From Cyclobacteriaceae bacterium (GTDB lineage Bacteria; Bacteroidota; Bacteroidia; Cytophagales; Cyclobacteriaceae), in the NCBI GenBank assembly GCA_019638255.1, contig JAHBUD010000002.1, forward strand, positions 164,092 to 228,091: a DNA stretch of 64,000 bases, given 5' to 3'. The translations under genes were made by a program, and so were the position numbers. Position 1 is the stretch's first letter. Each line of letters opens with the position of its first letter. Positions 54,741 through 62,627 of this stretch are shown here, one piece after another. The notes under the pieces are model-generated. The model searched no databases. It worked only from the letters and a program-made list of their open reading frames with translations, and had not been told where the DNA came from.

Positions 54741-54868
54741 TTTTCGATCAACTGTGCCAAGTGTTGTAATTTGGTATATACATAAAGCACAAGAAAATTT
54801 CTGATGCTTAAAAAATCTCTTCTGGCGTAATGCATGTTTCTAAAACCATGTGGATACCCATCATCTCC

Positions 54869-54882
54869 TTGAGAAATATCAA
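54869..54882. promoter_or_regulatory. FNR-like box TTGAG-AAAT-ATCAA
   Basis: Read directly. It matches 9 of 10 positions of TTGAT-N4-ATCAA. Its centre lies 22 bp from the perfect CTGAT box at 54891-54904. Confidence 0.35.
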
Positions 54883-54890
54883 GGTATAGT

Positions 54891-54904
54891 CTGATTATTA
54901 TCAG
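54891..54904. promoter_or_regulatory. Perfect palindrome CTGAT-TATT-ATCAG upstream of the EF-G paralog
   Basis: Read directly as tagtCTGATtattATCAGgtg. It is centred about 160 nt upstream of the ATG at 55058. Confidence 0.45.
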
Positions 54905-55057
54905 GTGTAAAACACAATAAACCTGGCTAAATCGAATCATTGTAATATTCCTTTTAGTTAAAAAATTCTATTCTACCACCTCGGGTTAAATGAGTCTTTT
55001 GGTTATATTCATTCTCCATTCCGAAAATCTTCATTCCCGCGCTAAATTTTTCATACC

Positions 55058-57184
55058 ATGAAAGTATATGACGAAAAACACCTGAAAAACATCGCCCTGT
55101 TGGGAGCCCCGAAAAGCGGCAAGACACTACTTGCCGAAGACATGATTTTTGAAGCGGGTATTACACACCGCAGAGGCACCATTGAAGGAAAGAACACCGT
55201 TTCCGACTACCACGAAATTGAACAAGAGCGTGGCAACTCCATCTTCGCTACTGTACTCCATACGGAATGGCACGATTACAAAATCAATATTATTGATACA
55301 CCCGGTTTTGATGATTTTTCGGGTGAAATGATTTCAGCGTTGCGCGTGGCCGACACCTGCGTAGTGGTTATAAATGCGCAGCACGGTGTTGAAGTCAGTA
55401 CGGAGTTGATCTGGAATTATGCCGATCAGTTTAACAAGCCAGTACTATTTGCTATCAACCAGGTCGATCACCCGAAATCAAATTTTGACCAGGCGCTTGA
55501 ATCCTTAAAGCAAACTTTCGGCAACCCGGTAACGCAAATGCAGTATCCCGTAAACCAAGGCGAAGGCTTTGATGCCATCATCGACTTACTAAAAATGGTG
55601 ATGTATAAATTTCCAGCGGAAGGTGGTAAGCCCGAGAAGCTTCCCATTCCGGAAAGCGAAAAAGAAAAAGCCAACCGGTTGCACAATGAACTGGTGGAGA
55701 AAGCTGCCGAGAATGATGAGAAGCTCATGGAAAAATATTTTGAGCAAGGCACACTCGATGAAGATGAAATGCGGCAAGGACTAAAACTGGGCATGATCCA
55801 TCACGATGTATTCCCAGTGTTCGTCATGTCGGCCAAGAAAAATATGGGCAGCGGAAGGATGATGGGATTTATTGACAACGTAGCGCCCACTCCGCTCGAA
55901 GCAAAGCCTGAGACTACCATTGATGATAAAGAAATACCCTACGATCCCACTCAGCCCACGGCACTCTTTGTATTTAAAACACACCTTGAGCCCAACCTGG
56001 GAAGGCTTACCTTCTTTAAGGTAATTTCGGGTGAGGTTACGTCATCTTCTGAACTGATTAACAGTCAAACCGGTGCAGTTGAAAAATTCCATCAACTCTT
56101 TATTATGGATGGTAAAGCACGCAACCCGGTGGATAAACTTGTGGTGGGTGATATTGGTGCTACCCTGAAACTAAAAGACACTTACACCAATCAAACCCTC
56201 CATGCCAAAGGTTTTGAAGTAACGATTAAACCCATTGAATATCCCCAACCGCGCATCCGCACTGCGGTGATTGCACAAAGTAAAGGCGAAGATGAAAAAA
56301 TTGGTGAAGTACTGAACAAAATTCACCAGGAAGACCCCACCATTAACGTAGGCTATTCGCGCGAACTCCGGCAAATGATTATTGAAGCGCAAGGCGAAAT
56401 GCACCTTGCTGTTTGCAAATGGTACCTCGAAAATGTTTATAAACTTCATGTTGACTTTATATCCCCACGCATTTCGTATCGCGAAACCATTCGCAAACCT
56501 GCTCAGGCGGTATACCGTCACAAAAAACAATCCGGTGGTGCCGGCCAGTTTGGTGAAGTGCATTTAAAAATTGAACCCTACTACGAAGGCATGCCCGAGC
56601 CTACTGAGTTTCCGGTGCGCGGCAAAGAAGTTACCGACCTGGAGTGGGGTGGCAAGCTGGTATTCTACAACTGTATTGTTGGTGGTGTCATCGATGCGCG
56701 CTTCATTCCATCGATCCAGAAAGGGGTGATGGAAAAAATGGAGCAGGGACCCATTACGGGTTCATACGTTCGCGATGTGCGTGTGATGGTATATGATGGC
56801 AAAATGCATCCGGTCGATTCAAACGACATATCCTTTAAAATTGCCGGTATGATGGCATTCAAGGAAGCCTTTATGAATGCAGAGCCCATTTTACTCGAAC
56901 CTATTTACGATCTCGAAATACAGGTGCCGGAAGAAATTATGGGCGAAGTGATGGGCGATTTGCAAACCCGTAGGTCAATGATCCTGGGCATTGATTCCAA
57001 GGGAAAACATCAAATCATTAACGCCCGCACTCCGTTGGCTGAACTTGATCGCTACTCCACAACCTTGCGTTCATTATCGCAAGGGCGTGCCAGTTTCGCG
57101 CAACGCTTTACGGAGTTTGCACAGGTGCCTTTTGAAATCCAACAAAAGCTCGCGAAGGAACTTCACGAAGTTGAAATGGCCTGA
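55058..57184 (+). CDS. Elongation factor G paralog (EF-G2-like) with degenerate GTPase motifs
   Basis: 708 aa with five-domain EF-G collinearity. G1 is GAPKSGKT, G3 is DTPGF (the catalytic His is replaced by Phe), and G4 is NQVD instead of NKxD. Confidence 0.85.
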   Translation: MKVYDEKHLKNIALLGAPKSGKTLLAEDMIFEAGITHRRGTIEGKNTVSDYHEIEQERGNSIFATVLHTEWHDYKINIIDTPGFDDFSGEMISALRVADTCVVVINAQHGVEVSTELIWNYADQFNKPVLFAINQVDHPKSNFDQALESLKQTFGNPVTQMQYPVNQGEGFDAIIDLLKMVMYKFPAEGGKPEKLPIPESEKEKANRLHNELVEKAAENDEKLMEKYFEQGTLDEDEMRQGLKLGMIHHDVFPVFVMSAKKNMGSGRMMGFIDNVAPTPLEAKPETTIDDKEIPYDPTQPTALFVFKTHLEPNLGRLTFFKVISGEVTSSSELINSQTGAVEKFHQLFIMDGKARNPVDKLVVGDIGATLKLKDTYTNQTLHAKGFEVTIKPIEYPQPRIRTAVIAQSKGEDEKIGEVLNKIHQEDPTINVGYSRELRQMIIEAQGEMHLAVCKWYLENVYKLHVDFISPRISYRETIRKPAQAVYRHKKQSGGAGQFGEVHLKIEPYYEGMPEPTEFPVRGKEVTDLEWGGKLVFYNCIVGGVIDARFIPSIQKGVMEKMEQGPITGSYVRDVRVMVYDGKMHPVDSNDISFKIAGMMAFKEAFMNAEPILLEPIYDLEIQVPEEIMGEVMGDLQTRRSMILGIDSKGKHQIINARTPLAELDRYSTTLRSLSQGRASFAQRFTEFAQVPFEIQQKLAKELHEVEMA

Positions 57185-57206
57185 TTTATTTTAATTACTT
57201 CTAATC

Positions 57207-57241
57207 AAAGGTATCCTGAAGAAAATGGGATACCTTTTTTT
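57207..57241 (+). terminator. Intrinsic terminator after the EF-G paralog
   Basis: AAAGGTATCC-tgaagaaaatg-GGATACCTTT followed by a T-run. Confidence 0.75.
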
Positions 57242-57285
57242 CTTACCCAGGAAAAGAATACTCCGATTTCATTAATGATAAATAT

Positions 57286-57312
57286 ATGAGGCACCTCGTC
57301 CTCGGTGTGACA
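57286..57312 (+). repeat. Copy B of the ~27-nt conserved stem-loop motif
   Basis: ATGAGGCACCTCGTCCTCGGTGTGACA. Compare 21672-21699. Confidence 0.5.
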
Positions 57313-57389
57313 AAACAATCCTATAAGCAAGGGTTAAAACACAAGCATGCAAACTCTCTTCATATCATAGCCTGATGTAAGTGGCATCA

Positions 57390-57908
57390 TTAAACAATCA
57401 CTTTTGAGGGCAGTATTCCATAGGTAGTCTTCAATATCCTTCCTACTACACGATAGTAGTCGTCATGAAAGGGAAAAACTATAGTCTCACTGTTTTCTAT
57501 GTTATGTATATCAACAAATCGCTTAGTCGATAAAAAAATAAAGATATTGACTTCATCACGATCAATTTGGGGCAATTCCAACTCATCAATTAACCTGACT
57601 TTCCCATAACGCCCAATTTCATACAATCCAAATCGCTTAACATCTTTGAAATTTATTTTCTCCTTTTTGAAAATAGTGATGTATTTAATGTAATCAGGCC
57701 CAACTCTCAATCTATTAATTAAGCTTCCCTGAATGAGTAAAATAAAAAATAGAAAAGGTAAAATAAGGAAAACTGCATACCAATATGGCGTCTGATCAAA
57801 GAGTATATACACTAAGTAAACTGAAGGAGCAATTAAAAAAATCAAAGTGAAAAACTGAGTTGATCTTTCAAAGCGTGTTGTTTTGAATTCCCGATAACCA
57901 GTAGACAT
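57390..57908 (-). CDS. Hypothetical 2-TM membrane protein (AT-rich orphan)
   Basis: 172-aa ORF with two adjacent TM helices followed by a soluble beta-rich tail. It is visibly more AT-rich than its neighbours. Confidence 0.5.
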   Translation of the reverse strand: MSTGYREFKTTRFERSTQFFTLIFLIAPSVYLVYILFDQTPYWYAVFLILPFLFFILLIQGSLINRLRVGPDYIKYITIFKKEKINFKDVKRFGLYEIGRYGKVRLIDELELPQIDRDEVNIFIFLSTKRFVDIHNIENSETIVFPFHDDYYRVVGRILKTTYGILPSKVIV

Positions 57909-57927
57909 TTAATTAATTATCATATTG

Positions 57928-60081
57928 TCACTTCAACGTCAGCTCATCAACAATATGCTTTGCGCCACCCAACTTATCGATGCACCACAGCACATACCTT
58001 ATGTCCACACAAATGGTGCGGTTAAAATCTTTGTCAAAGGCAATCTTGTGGCTTAGCGCTTCATAGTTGCCATCAAACGCCAGTCCGATCAGTTCGCCAT
58101 TGCCGTTCAGCACCGGTGAGCCTGAGTTACCACCGGTAATATCGTTGGTAGTAATGAAGTTCACCACCAGGTCGTTGGTGCGCGCGTCCTTGTATGTGCC
58201 AAAGTCATTTTTTCTGGCGGCTTCCAACAGTTCTTTCGGTAAATCAAACTCGTAGTCGCCCGGCTTGTATTTCTCCAACACGCCTTTCATCGTACACACA
58301 TAATCATACGATACTGCATCGCGCGGACGGTATGGTTTTACACTGCCATAGCTCAGGCGCATGGTAAAGTTCGCATCGGGGTACATGGTTTTGCCGGGGT
58401 TCATTTCGCGCACACCCTTCAGGTACAGTCGGCTTAAATCGTTGTTGCGGTGCGTAAACTCGGTGAAGGTTGGTGTAAAACGGGTGTTGAAATTTTTTAC
58501 AAAAGCCGAAACGTAGGCATAGGCCGGATCGGCCCGCAGGGCTGCCACATCGGGCTTGGCCATGAAAGCATCCCAACGGGCATCGTCAAACACCATGGTT
58601 TTTGAAAACACCTCGGCTGCAAACTTCTTATACGTGGCCTCATCGCTCAAATCGCCATAGCCGGTGCGCAGGCGGGTATAAAATTCAGCGGGGTGCTGTG
58701 CCGATTCAATATCATGATAATACATGCGGCAAGTGGCTGCCAGTATCTGTTCATCGGATGCCTTATTTTCATTTTGCAGAAACATAGTGCGTGTGCGCTT
58801 CAGGCTTTCTGTAACCCTGGCAATTTCATCAGTCGAGGGAGTTTCGCGCGTAAGCGCGTTTTCAAGCGCCTGCCATGACGCAGCATAGGTTGCCAGTGGT
58901 GAGCCGAGTATACCTTCATTCATGTAAATGCGGTGCTTCGCATACGGCCACCAGGCTTTGTACGCTTTTTCATACTCTGCAAAAACATTTTCGTAGTCGG
59001 CTTTTCCTTTAGCCCATTGAATAAACTTTTCTTCCGCTGCCCTCTTCTGACCGAACACATCATACTTCAACAACTGCTGTGCTTCTCCGTCAAAAAATTT
59101 CCAGTAGTTGGCAATGGCCGCATAGCTGGAAGCTAACTGCAGTCGCACGGCATCGCTTTTCTTCATCTGTTCAAACATCAGCTTTAAGCGAACATCACGC
59201 AGGTTAACAATGGCTGGATTTTCAATTTCGGTTTTGATTTTTACACCGAGCGAAGTTTCGTAGCGGTTGGTGCTTCCGGGGTAACCGAAAATCATGGCAT
59301 AGTCATTTTCCTTCACCCCTTTGGTGGATACGTTCAGGTAGTACTTCGGCTTGTAAGGTACGTTGTCGGGTGCATAGGCTGTTGCCTTGCCATCTTTGCT
59401 CATGTACACACGGAACACGGCAAAGTCACCGGTGTGGCGAGGCCACTCCCAGTTGTCGGTATCGCCACCAAACTTGCCGATGCTTTCAGGCGGTGTACCC
59501 ACCAGGCGAACATCGCGGTAACGCTGATAGACAAAAAGCAAATACTGGTTGTTGCGAAAAAAAGGAGCAACCCGCGCTTCCAGGTCGCTTCCATCGGTTG
59601 TGCGCTTTACAATTTCATTGGATATGCTTTGGAGTTTAGTGGCCCGTTCGGCACCGCTCAATCCTTTCAGGGCATCTTCAACTTCTTTGGTAACATCTTC
59701 AATGCGCACTAAGAACTGCACCGACAAGGAAGGCGCTGAAATTTCTTCGGCTCGTGTTTTGGCGTAGAAGCCATCGCGCAAATAATTATTGTCCACTGAA
59801 CTGGCTGCAGCAATGGCCGAATACCCGCAGTGGTGGTTGGTAAAAAGTAACCCTTCACGGCTTACAATCTCACCGGTACAGCCACCGCCAAAAATTACAA
59901 TGGCATCTTTAACCGAGGGTTTATTCAGGCTGTACAGTTGCTCTTTGTTGAGTTTCAATCCCATCTTTACCATGTCGTTATATACCTGGTCGCCCAGCAT
60001 GTACAATAACCACATGCCTTCATCGGCACGGACGAAACTAAATACCAACACAAAAAGAAGGGAGAGCATGCGCTTTTTCAT
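57928..60081 (-). CDS. S46-family dipeptidyl-peptidase (DPP7/DPP11-like)
   Basis: 717 aa. The signal peptide is followed by ADEGMWL. The catalytic His region is TNHHCG and the catalytic Ser region is GGNSGSPV. Confidence 0.9.
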   Translation of the reverse strand: MKKRMLSLLFVLVFSFVRADEGMWLLYMLGDQVYNDMVKMGLKLNKEQLYSLNKPSVKDAIVIFGGGCTGEIVSREGLLFTNHHCGYSAIAAASSVDNNYLRDGFYAKTRAEEISAPSLSVQFLVRIEDVTKEVEDALKGLSGAERATKLQSISNEIVKRTTDGSDLEARVAPFFRNNQYLLFVYQRYRDVRLVGTPPESIGKFGGDTDNWEWPRHTGDFAVFRVYMSKDGKATAYAPDNVPYKPKYYLNVSTKGVKENDYAMIFGYPGSTNRYETSLGVKIKTEIENPAIVNLRDVRLKLMFEQMKKSDAVRLQLASSYAAIANYWKFFDGEAQQLLKYDVFGQKRAAEEKFIQWAKGKADYENVFAEYEKAYKAWWPYAKHRIYMNEGILGSPLATYAASWQALENALTRETPSTDEIARVTESLKRTRTMFLQNENKASDEQILAATCRMYYHDIESAQHPAEFYTRLRTGYGDLSDEATYKKFAAEVFSKTMVFDDARWDAFMAKPDVAALRADPAYAYVSAFVKNFNTRFTPTFTEFTHRNNDLSRLYLKGVREMNPGKTMYPDANFTMRLSYGSVKPYRPRDAVSYDYVCTMKGVLEKYKPGDYEFDLPKELLEAARKNDFGTYKDARTNDLVVNFITTNDITGGNSGSPVLNGNGELIGLAFDGNYEALSHKIAFDKDFNRTICVDIRYVLWCIDKLGGAKHIVDELTLK

Positions 60082-60181
60082 AGCTGCAAAAATTTTAGTG
60101 CGTACTAAAGTTAAACATAAGTATGCGAGTACGAAAACAATAAAACAGGAAAGGAATTATACCTTTGCATCCTTAATTGAT

Positions 60182-60631
60182 ATGGCTTCTTTTGAACAAA
60201 ATATGAATATGCGAATCGGCAGTCTATTAGCAATAATTTTGTTTACTATGAATACCTACCCGCTTTGGGCACAACAGGGAGCTATACCCTTGACCAATGC
60301 ATCAGTAAAAGGTATTGCTGTTTATGGTAAACCGGTCGACAACCAAACGCGGTGCGTACACTGGCATTCACCCCTCGACATCATTGCCATTAAATTCTAC
60401 TGCTGCGACCAATATTTTCCCTGCTATTCTTGTCATGAAGAAACCGCTGATCATGCTGCTACGGTATGGCCGAAAAAAGAATTTGACAAAAAGGCTATCC
60501 TCTGTGGTGTATGCGGTCACGAACTGACCGTTAACGAGTACATGCAATGCAACAACAACTGCCCGAAATGCAACTCACCTTTTAATCCAGGTTGTAAAAA
60601 TCATTATCACCTGTATTTTGAAACTGAATAA
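60182..60631 (+). CDS. CHY zinc-finger-family protein with an N-terminal hydrophobic signal-like segment
   Basis: This is the C-terminal part of track ORF 59789-60631. Only the region after MASFEQNMNMRIGSLLAIILF is free of the antisense peptidase gene. It carries the CHY-type Cys/His pattern CVHWH...CCDQYFPCYSCHEE...CGVCGH...CPKC. The start is uncertain (60182, 60203 or 60209). Confidence 0.65.
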   Translation: MASFEQNMNMRIGSLLAIILFTMNTYPLWAQQGAIPLTNASVKGIAVYGKPVDNQTRCVHWHSPLDIIAIKFYCCDQYFPCYSCHEETADHAATVWPKKEFDKKAILCGVCGHELTVNEYMQCNNNCPKCNSPFNPGCKNHYHLYFETE

Positions 60632-60704
60632 ATCAAATATCAAGTTCAAGGTTTAAAATTCAAGATTCAAAGTCCTAAGTCCAAACAACTAAGTCCCAAG
60701 AAAT

Positions 60705-62627
60705 TTGACCTCCACCGAAGAACTATACAAAACCCTTGAATTGCTTCGCGATGAACGCAATGCTGACCTGGAGCAATACAAACAAAAAGTAATGCTGCTC
60801 CCACTCAGCCGAAAAACAAAAGAAGGCAAAAGCTGGTATCCGGTTAAACTCAGGCGGCATTATATCGGCACGGGTGAAAGGTTGATCATTGAAATTGAAC
60901 GCACGCAACACCTTAATCAGGCGCATGTATTTCAATCCGCAAAAGTGGTGAATGTGTTTTGTAACGCACACAACACACCGGAGAAAGAACACATGGGCGG
61001 TGTAATCAATTATGTGCGCGACAATACCATGGTGATAACGCTCAACAGCGATGATTTACCCGATTGGATTGACGACCCATTGCTTGGCGTGGATGTTATG
61101 TTTGATGAGATGACCTACCGCGAAATGGAGTTTGCACTGAAGGAAGTGATTAAAGCGGATAAAAGTCGGGTAGCAGAACTGAGAGAAATATTGCTTGGTT
61201 ACCGGTTGCCGGTTGCCAGTCGCCAGTTACCGGCAACAGGCGACTGGAAACCGGTGACCGATTTAAACGCAAGTCAGCAGGAAGCACTGCAAAAGATTTT
61301 AAACAGCGATGATGTTGCGATTATTCACGGGCCTCCTGGCACCGGAAAAACTACCACTCTGGTAGAAGCGATAAAAGTTACGGTAAAGGAAGAGAAACAG
61401 GTGTTGGTTACAGCACCCAGCAACGCAGCGGTTGATTTGTTGGTTGATAAACTCAGTGAAGCGGGATTGAATGTACTGCGCATCGGGCACCCGGCACGCG
61501 TTACCGAACAAACGCTTAGCAAAACACTGGATGCCCGTATCGCCATGCACGAACATTTCCGTGAGTTGCGAAACATGCGCAGGCGCATGGAGCAGTTGAA
61601 AGACATGGCGTTTAAATACAAGCGCGAATTCGGTTACTCCGAACGCCAACAACGAAAGCTTTTGGTGCAGGAAGCGAAAGCCCTCAAAGCTGATGCAGAT
61701 GTACTGGAGTTTTACATTGTCAATGATCTGTTACAAAACAGTGAAATTATTGCGTGCACGTTGGTAGGCGCTTCACATCCTACCCTTCGCGGCAAGCGTT
61801 ACAAAACTGTTTTTATTGATGAAGCTGCACAAGCACTGGAGCCTGCATGCTGGATACCGATTTTACGGGCCGAACGTGTGGTGCTGGCAGGCGATCACCA
61901 CCAACTGCCGCCAACGGTAAAATCGTTTGAAGCAGGAAAAGCAGGTTTATCAAAAACACTTTTCGAAAAATGCATTCAGCACCATCCGCAAACTGCGCTG
62001 ATGTTGCAAACGCAATACCGCATGCACGAAGACATCATGCGTTTTTCGGCTAATTATTTTTACGAGAACAAACTGCTGGCTGATGCCTCCGTTGCCACTA
62101 CCCTGCTGGAGCCCGGTATGTTGCCTTTCGATTTTATTGACACAGCCGGTTGCGGGTTTACCGAAGCGCAGGATACTGAAACATTAAGTCGTTACAACGA
62201 GGAAGAAGCACTGTTCCTGATCCGGCAAGTGGAGAAACTGATTCTTCATGTTGGTGTGGACCATTGGAATTTCTCCATTGGCATCATTACACCCTACAGC
62301 GCGCAGGTAGAACGGTTGATCAAATTGGCTGAACAATCGGAAGAGCTCTCAACCTTAGCCTCATTCATCACCATCAACACGGTGGATGCCTTTCAAGGAC
62401 AAGAGCGCGATGTGATTGCCATTAGCTTAGTTCGCTCAAACGAAAAAAGTGAAGTGGGATTTTTAGGCGACATCAGGCGTGTAAATGTGGCCATGACGCG
62501 GGCAAAGAAAAAACTGATTATGGTTGGCGACAGTGCTACATTGGGTTCGCACCCTTTTTACATTGATTTGCTAGAACACGTGCAGCAAAAAGGTTTTTAT
62601 AAAAGCGTTTGGGATTTGATGGGTTAA
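60705..62627 (+). CDS. SF1 helicase of the Upf1/DNA2/IGHMBP2-like family
   Basis: 640 aa with a TTG start, Walker A GPPGTGKT, motif II IDEAAQ, LAGDHHQLPPT and QYRMH. Confidence 0.85.
   Translation: MTSTEELYKTLELLRDERNADLEQYKQKVMLLPLSRKTKEGKSWYPVKLRRHYIGTGERLIIEIERTQHLNQAHVFQSAKVVNVFCNAHNTPEKEHMGGVINYVRDNTMVITLNSDDLPDWIDDPLLGVDVMFDEMTYREMEFALKEVIKADKSRVAELREILLGYRLPVASRQLPATGDWKPVTDLNASQQEALQKILNSDDVAIIHGPPGTGKTTTLVEAIKVTVKEEKQVLVTAPSNAAVDLLVDKLSEAGLNVLRIGHPARVTEQTLSKTLDARIAMHEHFRELRNMRRRMEQLKDMAFKYKREFGYSERQQRKLLVQEAKALKADADVLEFYIVNDLLQNSEIIACTLVGASHPTLRGKRYKTVFIDEAAQALEPACWIPILRAERVVLAGDHHQLPPTVKSFEAGKAGLSKTLFEKCIQHHPQTALMLQTQYRMHEDIMRFSANYFYENKLLADASVATTLLEPGMLPFDFIDTAGCGFTEAQDTETLSRYNEEEALFLIRQVEKLILHVGVDHWNFSIGIITPYSAQVERLIKLAEQSEELSTLASFITINTVDAFQGQERDVIAISLVRSNEKSEVGFLGDIRRVNVAMTRAKKKLIMVGDSATLGSHPFYIDLLEHVQQKGFYKSVWDLMG

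Noticed and set aside
21672-57312. The two ~27-nt repeats as att-like borders of a 35.6-kb genomic island containing the nos cluster
   Set aside because: The interval contains core housekeeping genes (argS, menA, an RND system). It has no integrase, tRNA or mobility gene, and its composition outside two small AT-rich patches looks native. The repeats are more likely a small structured element.
59789-60181. N-terminal 130 aa of the 280-aa track ORF 59789-60631
   Set aside because: This part overlaps the 5' end of the S46 peptidase gene in antisense. Only the region after the Met codons at 60182-60209 shows the CHY zinc-finger pattern.
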